Shown piece after piece: positions 9,633 through 19,540 of a stretch of 64,000 bases of DNA. Within the stretch, counting starts at the first letter, position 1; the number at the start of each line of letters is the position of its first letter. Position numbers and translations under genes: made by a program. The stretch is from Candidatus Krumholzibacteriia bacterium (GTDB lineage: Bacteria; Krumholzibacteriota; Krumholzibacteriia; JAJRXK01). The stretch spans positions 1-64,000 of the forward strand of contig JBGPIA010000014.1 of the NCBI GenBank assembly GCA_041484665.1, read 5' to 3'. The notes beneath the pieces are model-generated. The model saw only the letters and a list, made by a program, of their open reading frames with translations. It ran no database searches and had not been told where the DNA came from.

Positions 9633-10862
9633 TCAGAAGCTGAACGAGGCCTGCAACGCCGGCAGCACGTATTCCCGTGTGAACTTCCCTGCGTCGTCGG
9701 TCGCCTGCACGACAGCCTTCAGTACCAACTCACGCGAGGCGTGGTAGCCGATGCCGCCCTCGATGCGACGGACGTTCTGATCCCACGTGACGTCGCCCTT
9801 CTCCGGCACCTTGGAGAAGCGCAGGTCGTCGTAGCGCAGCGCCACGTACCAGCCGGGCAGGAAGTCGTACGTGCCGTCCACGTAGAACGCGGTATTGCCC
9901 AATCCGTCAGCGCGCAGTGGCGTCTCGAAGTGATTGACGAACACCTCGCCGTTGAGCGTGAGGTGCCCGAACGAGGCCTCGGCGCTGCCGATCCACAAGC
10001 GCTGCAGATAGTGGTCCACGCTCCCGCCCGCCGGCAGATAGGGCTGCACGTCGCGGGCGAGGTAGGCACCCTGCGCGTAGGCTACCGAGGCCTTCAGGCC
10101 GGACAGGAACGCGCAGCCCAGCTTGGCGTGCAGGGAGAGATCCTCGTTGGTATCGGGGCCGGCCACCGGCGCTGCAGGCGGCCCCACGGTCACGCCGGCG
10201 GAGTATTCGATTTTCCCCTCGGTGCCAAGCACGTACACGCCGTGGTTCCAGCACGAGTCGTAGATGGTGGTCACGGCCGCGTAGGGCGCCCCACGGGCCT
10301 TCCCCTGCGCGTCGGTGTAGTACACCCCCGTCTGGCCGTTGCCCTTCTGGGCGAGCAAGGCGTCGAGGTCCACGGGCAGCATCTTGCTCGTGAGCGACAT
10401 CTTCCAGTAATAGGCCAGCGGCACGCCGATCAGGGGATTCTTGCTGGAGTAGACCCGGGTGGCCCACGCGCCGTCGTGCGTCGGGATGCGTCCTCCCTCC
10501 AGATAGAGCTCGCGGGACGCGAAGGGCTGGTGCAGCAGATAGGCGCCGTACAGGCGCACCGGCGAGATGCTCGCGTCGCTCACCAGGATCTGCACGAACG
10601 CCTGCGTGCGCCCGCTGGCTCCTTCCACGAACACCCGCGTGCGCACCAGGTCGAAGCCCGAGTCCTGGAAGTTGGTGGTGTTCTCGTAGCGGAGATTGTC
10701 CTGGCCGACGGCCACTACGTCCACCAACCCGCGTACCCGCAGGGGCATCTGCGCCAGCGCCGCGTCGTTGACCGCGGCCAGCACCAGCGCCCCCGCCGCC
10801 AGGGCCATCCCACGAGCGATCCGCCTGTATCCGGCGAGACGCCGGTCCCGTCGATGGAGCAT
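9633..10862 (-). CDS. Putative outer-membrane beta-barrel (porin-like) protein
   Basis: Signal-peptide-like N-terminus, alternating aromatic beta-strand pattern, C-terminal LQASFSF; alternative start 10808. Confidence 0.7.
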   Translation of the reverse strand: MLHRRDRRLAGYRRIARGMALAAGALVLAAVNDAALAQMPLRVRGLVDVVAVGQDNLRYENTTNFQDSGFDLVRTRVFVEGASGRTQAFVQILVSDASISPVRLYGAYLLHQPFASRELYLEGGRIPTHDGAWATRVYSSKNPLIGVPLAYYWKMSLTSKMLPVDLDALLAQKGNGQTGVYYTDAQGKARGAPYAAVTTIYDSCWNHGVYVLGTEGKIEYSAGVTVGPPAAPVAGPDTNEDLSLHAKLGCAFLSGLKASVAYAQGAYLARDVQPYLPAGGSVDHYLQRLWIGSAEASFGHLTLNGEVFVNHFETPLRADGLGNTAFYVDGTYDFLPGWYVALRYDDLRFSKVPEKGDVTWDQNVRRIEGGIGYHASRELVLKAVVQATDDAGKFTREYVLPALQASFSF

Positions 10863-10877
10863 GATCCGGGCGACCTC

Positions 10878-12746
10878 CTAGACCTCCGCGAGCTCGCGCT
10901 CGGGGCCGGGCGCAGGGACGGGGGCCGCCGCCTGCAGCACGATGGTGAACTCACTGCCGCGCCCCAGCGTGCTGGTGACGCGGATCTCGCCGCCGTGGCC
11001 TGTCACGATCGCCTTGCACAAAGCAAGCCCCAGGCCGAAGCCCTGCGACCCGAACTGGTTCTTCACCGAGGAGTGGCGGAGGATGTCGCCCACCTCGTAG
11101 ACCTTGTCGAAGATCCAGTCGAACTCCCCGGCCGGGATGCCGATCCCGGTGTCCCTGACGCTCCACAGGACCCGGTCGCCCTCGCGGCGGAGTGCGACCG
11201 TGATGCGCCCGCCGTCGGGGGTGAAGCGGATGGCGTTGTCCAGGAGGTGGGCGAACGCCTGGGCGATCCGCCCGGAATCGACCCTGGCCCGCACGGGGGA
11301 GTCCGGGAGCGCGGCGTCGATGCTGAGGTGGCGCCCCTTCATGCGCGGGGCGCGCGCGGCGATCTCGACCTTCGCGATCTCCCGCAGGTCGGCCGTCTCG
11401 AATCCGAAGTCGTAGATCCCCTGGTCCAGCGCCGACATGTCCAGCATGTTCTGGACGAGCTGGTTGAGGTCGGTGAGGTGCTCCTGGATCACCGCCGAGG
11501 TCTCCTTGACGTCGTCCGGCAGATCTCCCAGCACGCCGCCGCCGATGAGCTGGTTGAAGCCGGAGATGATCGTGAGCGGTGTCTTGAGCTCGTGCCCGGC
11601 CAGCGCGATGAAGTTGCTCTTCATCTTGTCGATGTTGCGCAGGTGCTCGACGTAGCTCTGCAGCGAGGCGCGCATCTCGATGAAGCGCTTGCCCAGGAAC
11701 GCAACCTCGTCGCTGCCGCTGATCTCGAGGGGATGGTCGTAGTCGCCGCGCCCGACCTGCGCAGCCGCGCGCACGATCGACGACAGCGGGCGGGTGATCC
11801 CCGAGGCCAGCAGCCACGAGGCCGAGAAGGTGACCGCCAGGGCCACGGCGCCCAGGGCGGCCATCTTGGTCTCCAGGCTCAGCACCGGCGCGAGCTCGTG
11901 GTGGAGCTCGCGGCCCAGGAATGCCACCAGTCCGTCGGCGCCGTCCACGCCGCTGACCTTGACTGACACCATGAGGTAATCGGTCTCGCCGTGGCGCATG
12001 GTCGAGGCCTCGCTCATGGCGAAGCCGGAGGGCCCCAGCGCGCTCTCGGGGCGTTCGGAGTGTTGCAGCGCCAGGTGCGCGTCTTGCGTCGCCGACTCGG
12101 GGAAGGTCGAAACAAACTCGCGCCCGCCGCGGGCGAGGCATATGCGCGCGCTGGTGAGGCGCTGCACCTGATCGGCGAACTGCGTGTCGAGGAGGCGGCC
12201 GATGCGCAGCACCGCCTCGAGGCGATCGTTGAGATACACGGGCACCACCGCCGCCACGGCGAGATGGCTGCCGCTCTGGTAGACGTCGGTGACCGCGCGG
12301 CCGCCCTGCGCGGCGCGGATCCCGCCGCTGCCCAGCGCGGGGTCGCCCAGCTCCAGCTGCAGGTCCTGGTCGGCGATGGCGATGGGCTTGCCCGCGGCGT
12401 CGAAGATCTCGATGAAGTCGGCGCCGGTGATCAGGAGGAACTCCCGGGCCACGCCTTTCATCGTTGGGCCGAACTCCTCGCCGCGCTCATCGGTGGGCAC
12501 GGAGAAAGTCGCGAAGAAGCGCGGGTCCTTGGCCGTCACGGTGGCCATGGTCAAGAGCTCGTTCTGGCGCGTGGTCAGCAGGTTCACGAACACCGCGCCC
12601 GCGTCGGCGAGACTGCTCTGCACGCCGTGCTTGATGGTGCCGGTGCCGATGTCGTTGGTGATGGCGAGGAAGACGACCAGCAGTGCGCTCAGAGGGATCG
12701 TCGTGAGCACGACGATCCGCGTCTTGAGGGATCCGAAACGGAGCAT
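10878..12746 (-). CDS. HAMP-domain sensor histidine kinase with periplasmic Cache-like region
   Basis: Two TM segments, HAMP (ITRPL...DEV), H-box AGHELKTPLT, N-box LLDNAIRF, DTGIGI and GFGLGL G-boxes. Confidence 0.93.
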   Translation of the reverse strand: MLRFGSLKTRIVVLTTIPLSALLVVFLAITNDIGTGTIKHGVQSSLADAGAVFVNLLTTRQNELLTMATVTAKDPRFFATFSVPTDERGEEFGPTMKGVAREFLLITGADFIEIFDAAGKPIAIADQDLQLELGDPALGSGGIRAAQGGRAVTDVYQSGSHLAVAAVVPVYLNDRLEAVLRIGRLLDTQFADQVQRLTSARICLARGGREFVSTFPESATQDAHLALQHSERPESALGPSGFAMSEASTMRHGETDYLMVSVKVSGVDGADGLVAFLGRELHHELAPVLSLETKMAALGAVALAVTFSASWLLASGITRPLSSIVRAAAQVGRGDYDHPLEISGSDEVAFLGKRFIEMRASLQSYVEHLRNIDKMKSNFIALAGHELKTPLTIISGFNQLIGGGVLGDLPDDVKETSAVIQEHLTDLNQLVQNMLDMSALDQGIYDFGFETADLREIAKVEIAARAPRMKGRHLSIDAALPDSPVRARVDSGRIAQAFAHLLDNAIRFTPDGGRITVALRREGDRVLWSVRDTGIGIPAGEFDWIFDKVYEVGDILRHSSVKNQFGSQGFGLGLALCKAIVTGHGGEIRVTSTLGRGSEFTIVLQAAAPVPAPGPERELAEV

Positions 12747-12767
12747 CGCGCGCTCCCCGGCAACTGC

Positions 12768-13529
12768 CTACAGGCTCAGGTCGAGATGGGTGACGCCGTC
12801 ACCGACGACGACCTTGACCGTCTTCTCGCCGCGCTCGGGGTGCCAGAGCCGGACCGCGTACATTCCCGGGGGGACTCCGCGCAGCTGGAAGTTGCCGTTC
12901 TCGTCGGGCTGGACGACGAGCGGGCCCTCCACCACGTAGATGAAGGCGGCCATGTTCGCGTGGATGTCGCAGAAGACCTTCACCAGGCCTGGCTGGTCGA
13001 AGGTCACGCTGCGGAACTTCCCCTTTCCGTAGCGGCCCAGATCGAAGCGCTTGGCCTTCGAGTAGGAGAACACATTGTGGAACACGGGATCGAAGTTGAA
13101 GAAGTCCACTGTCGTGCCCACCGGGATCGCCAGCACGCGCGGCACGAACGCTTGCCCCACTTGATTCAGCTGCGGATGGCGCCGCGAGGCCAGCTCGCTC
13201 CCCGCCGGGCCCGTCTCGGCCACGTAGATCACGACGTCGCGCGCGTCGTTGGCCGCCTCATGCTGATCCATGGCGCCGGCGTGGGTGCCCGCCATCCCCG
13301 GATACGGGTTCGTGGAGGCCTCGGTCGAGGCTCCCGACCAGGGAGCCAGGGTGACCTGCCCTTCGATGCTGCCGGCGCGCGCCAGCGGAGGGGCGCCAGC
13401 GGTCGCGATCGCGATCACCGCGGTTGCGACCGCCACCATCACGAGCGCGAGCTCGGGCGCCCGCGGGGGACGCTTCCCTGCGGGGGTCAGGCGGCTCGAC
13501 GCGGGGCCCGTGGAACGGTTTGGAGTCAT
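12768..13529 (-). CDS. Secreted cupredoxin-like / carboxypeptidase-regulatory-like domain protein
   Basis: Signal peptide, FVPRVLAIPVG, NFDPVFHNVFS, VFCDIHANM (His/Cys/His/Met), then GNFQLRGVPPGMY...WHPE. Confidence 0.8.
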   Translation of the reverse strand: MTPNRSTGPASSRLTPAGKRPPRAPELALVMVAVATAVIAIATAGAPPLARAGSIEGQVTLAPWSGASTEASTNPYPGMAGTHAGAMDQHEAANDARDVVIYVAETGPAGSELASRRHPQLNQVGQAFVPRVLAIPVGTTVDFFNFDPVFHNVFSYSKAKRFDLGRYGKGKFRSVTFDQPGLVKVFCDIHANMAAFIYVVEGPLVVQPDENGNFQLRGVPPGMYAVRLWHPERGEKTVKVVVGDGVTHLDLSL

Positions 13530-13567
13530 GGTCCTTCAGTGCAGGGAAAGGGGGACGCGCCCGCTCG

Positions 13568-13583
13568 CGCAAATCGCGTGCCA
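13568..13583 (-). promoter_or_regulatory. sigma54 (-24/-12) promoter
   Basis: Minus strand TGGCACGCGATTTGCG matches TGGCACG-N4-TTGC, about 40 bp upstream of the 13529 start. Confidence 0.75.
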
Positions 13584-13838
13584 GCCCTCCCCCGCCCAAC
13601 CGGGTCCCGGGGCGCGGGACGATTGACCCTGCGGTGCGTTGCACCTAGGCTCTCGGGGCTCGATGGGATGGGATCTCGGCCGGACCGAGTTTTGGCATCG
13701 CCTGGGCTGGGCCGATCCGCGCGAGCTGCTCGCCGTCAGGTCCGGACCCCCATGGCCGCACGAATCCTGGCCAGACGGAAGAAACCGATCCGCACCCGGG
13801 CCCCTGGCGGGCCAGCCGGCCTGCGCGAAAGCCACCCG

Positions 13839-14609
13839 ATGGACGATCAGCAGCCCCCGCGCAAACGCGCCGTCATCTGCGACATCGACGGCGTCCTGCT
13901 CCACGACAACCGCCCCCTAGCCGGGGCCGAGACGTTCGTGCAGCGCGTGCTGGACGCGAGCCATCCGCTGATCCTGCTCACGAATTACCCATCGCAGACG
14001 CCCGCGGACCTGCAGAACCGCCTGGCCTCGGCGGGCATCGAGGTGCCTGTCTCGTGCTTGTACACCTCCGCCATGGCCACGGCCGCATTCCTCAAGCGGC
14101 AAGATGGCCGCAAGGCCTACGTCATCGGTGAGGGCGCGCTGACCCACGAGCTGTACGGGATCGGCTTCACCATGACCGACGCCGACCCCGATTTCGTGGT
14201 GGTGGGCGAGACGCGCGCGTACAACTGGGACATGATCCAGAAGGGCGCGTTCCTCGTGCAGCAGGGGGCGCGGTTCATCGCCACGAACCCCGACGTGTCG
14301 GGGCCGCGCGCCCATCCGTCCTGTGGAGCGCTGTGCGCGCCCATCGAGCGCATCACGGGCAAGCGACCGCTGTACCTCGGCAAGCCCAACGCGTGGATGA
14401 TGCGCGCCGCCCTCAACAGCATCGGGGCGCACTCCGAGGAGGCGATCATCGTCGGCGACAACATGAGCACCGACATCCTGGCGGGGGTGCAATCGGGGAT
14501 CGACACGATCCTGGTCCTGACCGGCGTCAGCCAGCGCGCCGACCTCGACCGCTTTCCGTTCCGCCCCACGTACACCTTTCCGACGGTGGGCGACATCGAT
14601 ATCTTGTAG
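13839..14609 (+). CDS. nagD: HAD-IIA hydrolase (NagD-like nucleotidase)
   Basis: ICDIDGVL, LTNYPSQT, ATNPD, GKPN, VGDNMSTDI motifs. Confidence 0.9.
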   Translation: MDDQQPPRKRAVICDIDGVLLHDNRPLAGAETFVQRVLDASHPLILLTNYPSQTPADLQNRLASAGIEVPVSCLYTSAMATAAFLKRQDGRKAYVIGEGALTHELYGIGFTMTDADPDFVVVGETRAYNWDMIQKGAFLVQQGARFIATNPDVSGPRAHPSCGALCAPIERITGKRPLYLGKPNAWMMRAALNSIGAHSEEAIIVGDNMSTDILAGVQSGIDTILVLTGVSQRADLDRFPFRPTYTFPTVGDIDIL

Positions 14610-14787
14610 GGCCCCCTGAGGCTTCCCGGGCCCCTAAAGCTCCCCGTTCCAGTCGGCCCCTGCGCCCATGTTCCCTGCGTCCGCGTTCCCTGCATGCTGG
14701 CCCCCCTGAGCCGATCTGATCCCCCACTTCATGGCCTCCGGCATCCCCCCCCGTCCCCCCTAACCGGCTTCACAAAGGAGTCTGCAC

Positions 14788-15312
14788 ATGGCTCGACCGA
14801 CCCCTCGTTCCCGTCACGCCCTGATCCTGCTGGGCTGCCTGTTTGCCGTCGTTCTGGCGGCGCAGGCGCATGCCCTTGGCTCGAAGAAGAAGGAGAGCGC
14901 GCCCGGCGACGCCTCCAACGATCCCTACGCCAAGGGCATGGACGCGGTGAAGCAGGGCAACTATGAGGCGGCGCGCGACTTCTTCGGGGACGCCAACAAG
15001 TCCAAGAAGGACGACCCCGACATCCTCAACATGCTCGCCTACACCCAGCGCAAGACCGGCCGGCTCAACGACGCCTTCGCGAACTACACCCGGGCGCTGG
15101 AGAAGCGCCCCAACTTCCCGCAGGCGCGGGAGTACCTCGGCGAGGCGCACTTGCAGGCGGCGCTGGAGTCCGTGGAGGCGCTCAAGGGCGCCGGCCCCGA
15201 GGGCGAGCAGAACATGAAGGCGCTGATCTATGCGCTGCAGCAGTCGGCGGCCAAGTACCCCACCGTCCGCGCCGACGAGCTGCCGCAGGAGGCCGGGACC
15301 CTCAAGTGGTGA
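14788..15312 (+). CDS. Secreted tetratricopeptide-repeat protein
   Basis: Signal peptide, TPR helices (DILNMLAYTQRKTG, AREYLGEAHL); AAAGGAG RBS. Confidence 0.8.
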   Translation: MARPTPRSRHALILLGCLFAVVLAAQAHALGSKKKESAPGDASNDPYAKGMDAVKQGNYEAARDFFGDANKSKKDDPDILNMLAYTQRKTGRLNDAFANYTRALEKRPNFPQAREYLGEAHLQAALESVEALKGAGPEGEQNMKALIYALQQSAAKYPTVRADELPQEAGTLKW

Positions 15313-15797
15313 CACGCCGGCGAGCGAGCGGCGCGCGCCGGGTGCGCCGGGCGCGGGGGGCTGGGCGCAAGGCCAACCCCCCGCGTACGGCCGCGACCGC
15401 CGGTGGCACGCACGTCTCTCACGCTGCGCGCGGCACGCGCGGCGCTAGCCCGCAGGCCCTCTTGCGCCGGCTGCGCGCCTTCTGCCTCGCCCTGCCCGAG
15501 GCCAGCGAGACCGACGCCTGGGGGCACCCCAACTGGCGCGCCGGCAAGAAGACCTTTGCCGTGCTCGAGACCTACCGCGGCGAGCTGGTCATCACCTTCA
15601 AGGCGCAGCCACAGGAGCAGCAGCTGCTGGCCGACGACCCGCGCTTCTTCATCGCACCGTACGTGGGCAAGCATGGCTGGCTGTGCATGCGCGTGGGCGA
15701 GCGCGTCGACTGGAAACTGACGCGGGAGCTGCTGCTGCGCAGCTATCGGTTGGTAGCGCTCAAGCGCATGGTGCAGGCGCTGGACGCAAAGCGCTGA
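15306..15797 (+). CDS. MmcQ/YjbR-family DNA-binding protein (start uncertain)
   Basis: CLALPEASE, WGHPNWRAGKKTFA, APYVGKHGW, SYRLVA. Confidence 0.85.
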   Translation: MVTRRRASGARRVRRARGAGRKANPPRTAATAGGTHVSHAARGTRGASPQALLRRLRAFCLALPEASETDAWGHPNWRAGKKTFAVLETYRGELVITFKAQPQEQQLLADDPRFFIAPYVGKHGWLCMRVGERVDWKLTRELLLRSYRLVALKRMVQALDAKR

Positions 15798-15920
15798 GAC
15801 CGCTCGCGGGGCTTCCACCCGCTGCGCTTCGAGCTGGAGGGTGTGCGCTGCGCGATCCTCTGGATTGCACGGGAGCGCTGGCAGATCCCGGCGCCGTCGC
15901 ACGGGCCGGGCGCCTGGCCG

Positions 15921-16445
15921 CTACAGCCCTACCGGCTCGTCGACGAAGCTCTCGGGGCCGGCGCCGGCGTCCGGCGGCAGCTTGTCGAGCTCCGCCTGGA
16001 CCAGCTGCTGGTGGAGCACCTCGTCGTTGCGCAGCTCCTCGAACAGCGCTTTCACCGCGGCGTCGCCCAGGCGCGGCAGGGCGGTGGCGAAGAAAGCGTG
16101 CGCTTTCTGCTCGCAGCGCAACGCCGCCTCCATCGCTGCGCGCGGGGTCATGAACGCGCGGGCCTCATCGTAGTCCGGAGCCTCCACATCCCACAGCATC
16201 GCCCGCGTGACCTCGCGCGGCGCGTCCTGGAAGAGCGACCGGCGATACGCGGCCAGGGCGGCCCCGTGCTTCGCCTCGTTGGCGGACATGAAGCGGAAGA
16301 ACGCAGCCGCTTCCGGCGTATGGTGGACGTCCATCTGCACTGCGAACTCGTCGTAGCGCTCCATGGCCTCCTCCTCGATCAGGACCGCGCTGTCGAGCGC
16401 GTCGCGCAGCGACAGCCGGGAGAAGTCGATGCCCGAAGTGCTCAT
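15921..16445 (-). CDS. Ferritin-like / rubrerythrin-family diiron protein
   Basis: AVLIEEEA..RY, NEAKH, RCEQKAH, DEVLH diiron motifs. Confidence 0.85.
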   Translation of the reverse strand: MSTSGIDFSRLSLRDALDSAVLIEEEAMERYDEFAVQMDVHHTPEAAAFFRFMSANEAKHGAALAAYRRSLFQDAPREVTRAMLWDVEAPDYDEARAFMTPRAAMEAALRCEQKAHAFFATALPRLGDAAVKALFEELRNDEVLHQQLVQAELDKLPPDAGAGPESFVDEPVGL

Positions 16446-16564
16446 GGTCCGCCCTCTCTCGCGGAACGCGGCGGGCCTGCGTACGCCCGTCGCGTGCCGG
16501 CCGCGTGCCGTTGGATCCCGCAAGCCGGCGGCGTACCGCCCGCCGTGTTCCGCCGGCCGCGTCG

Positions 16565-17452
16565 TTACTTCTGCACGAACAGATCGAGGATGCGCTCGCG
16601 CGGGAGCGCCTTTGGCCGCAACGCTTCCTGCCGCTCCCGTACCAGCGCGTCGTAGGTGGGCGGCGGGTCGGGGTTGCGGTAGAAAACGCCGGTATAAAGC
16701 TCCTTGCCGTAGGCCTGCGCCAGATCGATGGCCTTCAAGCGGTCGCCGCCCTCGTGGCCGAGGCTGGCCAGCGGCTTCATCTTCGCCTTGTGTGCTTTGA
16801 GCAGCTGGTCCTCCTCGCCGAAGGTCACGCAGGGTGACTGGATATTGATAAAAGCGAAGCCGGGATAGCGGATGCCCTCCTCGATCACGGCGGCCAGACC
16901 CGTCATATCCGCCGGAGTGCCCTGGGCCACGAACGGCGCGCCGTAACTGAGGACGTACAACAGCGGGTTCACCGGCTCCTCGAGACTGCCCAACGGCGAC
17001 GTGACGGTCGAACGCCCCCGCGGCGACGTGGGCGAGAGCTGGCCCTTGGTCAGCCCGTAGATCTGATTGTCCATCACCACGTAGGTAAGATCGACGTTGC
17101 GTCGGATCGCGTGCGCCACATGACCGCCGCCGATGGAAAAGCCGTCCCCGTCGCCGCCCGCGACCAGCACGAGGAGAGCGGGGTTGGCCATCTTGATCCC
17201 CTGGGCGATGGGGAGCGCGCGCCCGTGCACGCTGTTGAAGCCGTAGGCCGTTGTGTAGCCCGGGATGCGGCTGGAGCATCCGATCCCCGAGACGAAGGCG
17301 ATCTCGTGCGGCGGCCGCCCGACGGCCGCGAGCGCGCGGTACAGGGCCTGCAAGACGCCGTAGTCCCCGCATCCTGGACACCAGATGGGCTTGAGGTCGC
17401 TCTTGAAGTCCTTGGCCTCCATCGAGGCTGTGGCACCGTTGGTCGGAGTCAT
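16565..17452 (-). CDS. korB: 2-oxoacid:ferredoxin oxidoreductase beta subunit
   Basis: WCPGCGD, SGIGCSS, HGRALP, GGDGD, DNQIYGLTKGQ, SPCVTF. Confidence 0.92.
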   Translation of the reverse strand: MTPTNGATASMEAKDFKSDLKPIWCPGCGDYGVLQALYRALAAVGRPPHEIAFVSGIGCSSRIPGYTTAYGFNSVHGRALPIAQGIKMANPALLVLVAGGDGDGFSIGGGHVAHAIRRNVDLTYVVMDNQIYGLTKGQLSPTSPRGRSTVTSPLGSLEEPVNPLLYVLSYGAPFVAQGTPADMTGLAAVIEEGIRYPGFAFINIQSPCVTFGEEDQLLKAHKAKMKPLASLGHEGGDRLKAIDLAQAYGKELYTGVFYRNPDPPPTYDALVRERQEALRPKALPRERILDLFVQK

Positions 17453-17460
17453 CGTAGGCC

Positions 17461-19251
17461 TCACTCCTGGGGTTGCAACGACTGCGCGCCCCGGCGCTGC
17501 AGGATGAGCGCAGCCTCGCGCAGCCACGCCACGATCTCCGTTGGCAGGAACGGGTTCGCCCCGCTACGGCACATGGACTCGATCCCCTTGGGTACGTCGA
17601 GGACCATGCGCAGGATGCAGTAGAGCTGGCCTTGGTGCGATTGCTCGACGACCAGGCCGGCTTGCGCTCCGGCGAAGAAGTCGCGGTAGATCTCCTCGGC
17701 CACGGGATAGACCAGGTACGGGACCAGCAGTTTCACGCTGAACCCCTCCGCGCGAGCGAGCGTCACGGCTTCGCGGCAGACGCCCGCGGTGCTGCCCCAG
17801 CTCACCAGCGCGAGGGGTGCCCGCGGGTCACCCTCGATGCGGAAAAGGTCGGTGCGCCGTTTCAGCGGCTCGAGCTTGCGGAAGCGCTTCTCGTTCATGC
17901 GCGCGTGGACGGCGCCGCTGGCGGTGGGCGCTCCGTCCTCGTTGTGCTCGATCCCCGATCCCAGGTAGTTGCCGCGCAGCATGCCCGGATGGCTCACGGG
18001 GCTCACGCCCGACTCGGTCTGCCGGAAGCGGACGTAGTCCTCCAGCTCGAGGGCGTTGGGCCGGCGGCGCTCCTCAACGGTGAAGCGCGACGTGTCGATG
18101 GGGTCGACGGTCTCTTTGCGCTGGGCGATCTCCTGATCGGACAGGATCATCACCGGCGTCTGATAGCGCTCGGCGATGTTGAACGACTCCACGGTCACGG
18201 CAAAGGTGTCGGCCACGCTGGTGGGCGCGAGGACCGGCCGCAGCACGTCGCCATGCGCCGAGAAGCAAGCCTGGAAGAGGTCGGCCTGTTCCGATTTGGT
18301 CGGAATGCCCGTCGACGGCCCACCACGCTGCACGTTGACGATCACCAGCGGCAGCTCGCAGATCGTGGCCAGCCCCATGATCTCGGTCTTGAGTGACACG
18401 CCGGGCCCCGAGGTGGCGGTCATGGCCTTCTGGCCGGCGAACGACGCCCCCAGCGCAGCGCCGATACCGGCGATCTCGTCCTCCGCCTGCAGCACCGACC
18501 CGCCGTACTTCCAGATCTCGCGCGAGAGGAACTGCATGATCTCCGTGGATGGCGTGATGGGGTAGCCGCCGAAGAACTGACAGCCGGCGAACAGCGCCGC
18601 CGCGCCGCACATCTCATTGCCATCGGTAAGGAGCTTGCTCCCCGGGCCGTCGATCGCGCGGTCCATCGCCATGGCGCGCTTCAGCGGGTGCTCGGTGGCG
18701 TGGGCGAGGCCGGCGTTGAAGGCGCGCTCGCTACCTTCGAGCACCTCCGGGCCTTTCTTGGCCAGCCGCTTGCGGATGCCTTTGAGGATGCCCTCGCGGC
18801 CCATCCGCAGCCAGCCCGCCAGGAGCCCCAGCACGATCGTGTTCTTGGCGCGGTCGGTCCCCGCCGTCTGCTTCGCCAGATCGCCGATGGGAAGCGCGAT
18901 CGTCTCGGCGGGCGTAACCCCCACCAGCGGGAGGCGGTCGGGAGCTACGCCTGTCTTGCTGTCGTAGACCACCACCGTGCCGCCGCCCACGGGCAGCTCG
19001 GCGCCGAACTTCAGAAAGTCGTCCCAGTTGAGCACGACCACGAAATCGAGCGTGCCGCCCGGGTTGAACACCGGCCGCGTCGAGACACGTACGCGGCACG
19101 ACGACTCTCCGCCCCGGATCTGGGAGCCGAAGCTCTTGGTCATGATGGCGTGGTAGCCCTCGGAGGCGGCGGCAGCGATGAGCGATTCTCCGGCCGAGAC
19201 GATTCCGTCGCCGCCGGACCCGACCATGCCGATGACGATGTCCTGGATCAT
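17461..19251 (-). CDS. korA: 2-oxoacid:ferredoxin oxidoreductase alpha subunit (fused gamma domain)
   Basis: GSGGDGI, SQIRGGES, YPITPST, AEDEIA, TATSGPG, QRGGPSTGIPT. Confidence 0.92.
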   Translation of the reverse strand: MIQDIVIGMVGSGGDGIVSAGESLIAAAASEGYHAIMTKSFGSQIRGGESSCRVRVSTRPVFNPGGTLDFVVVLNWDDFLKFGAELPVGGGTVVVYDSKTGVAPDRLPLVGVTPAETIALPIGDLAKQTAGTDRAKNTIVLGLLAGWLRMGREGILKGIRKRLAKKGPEVLEGSERAFNAGLAHATEHPLKRAMAMDRAIDGPGSKLLTDGNEMCGAAALFAGCQFFGGYPITPSTEIMQFLSREIWKYGGSVLQAEDEIAGIGAALGASFAGQKAMTATSGPGVSLKTEIMGLATICELPLVIVNVQRGGPSTGIPTKSEQADLFQACFSAHGDVLRPVLAPTSVADTFAVTVESFNIAERYQTPVMILSDQEIAQRKETVDPIDTSRFTVEERRRPNALELEDYVRFRQTESGVSPVSHPGMLRGNYLGSGIEHNEDGAPTASGAVHARMNEKRFRKLEPLKRRTDLFRIEGDPRAPLALVSWGSTAGVCREAVTLARAEGFSVKLLVPYLVYPVAEEIYRDFFAGAQAGLVVEQSHQGQLYCILRMVLDVPKGIESMCRSGANPFLPTEIVAWLREAALILQRRGAQSLQPQE

Positions 19252-19540
19252 GGGTGCCTCTGCGGGAACGGCGCGCGCAACCCGGCGGCGCGCCCTTGTC
19301 GTGGGAAAGGGCCTGGGAAAACGGAAGGGGGCGCCGGGGCTGCGCCACCCGGCGCCCCAGGGCCCACGGGCTCGTGCCAAGCTAGGAAACCGCGGGGGCG
19401 CGATCAAGCCGCGTCACGAGCGGGGTGCGGTCGGGCCGGGCGCACATGCGAAAGCCGGGGAGGCTTCCCTCCCCGGCTTTCTGGACCCGCGGCATCGGCG
19501 CATGCGTCATGCGTCGGAGTCCGTCGTGCTCGTTATGGGC

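Noticed and set aside
11991..14609. 872-aa ORF as a giant NagD
   Set aside because: Only the last 256 aa are NagD; the rest is antisense to the kinase and cupredoxin genes.
19363..19380. TGGCACG upstream of korA as a sigma54 promoter
   Set aside because: No GC at the -12 position with correct spacing.
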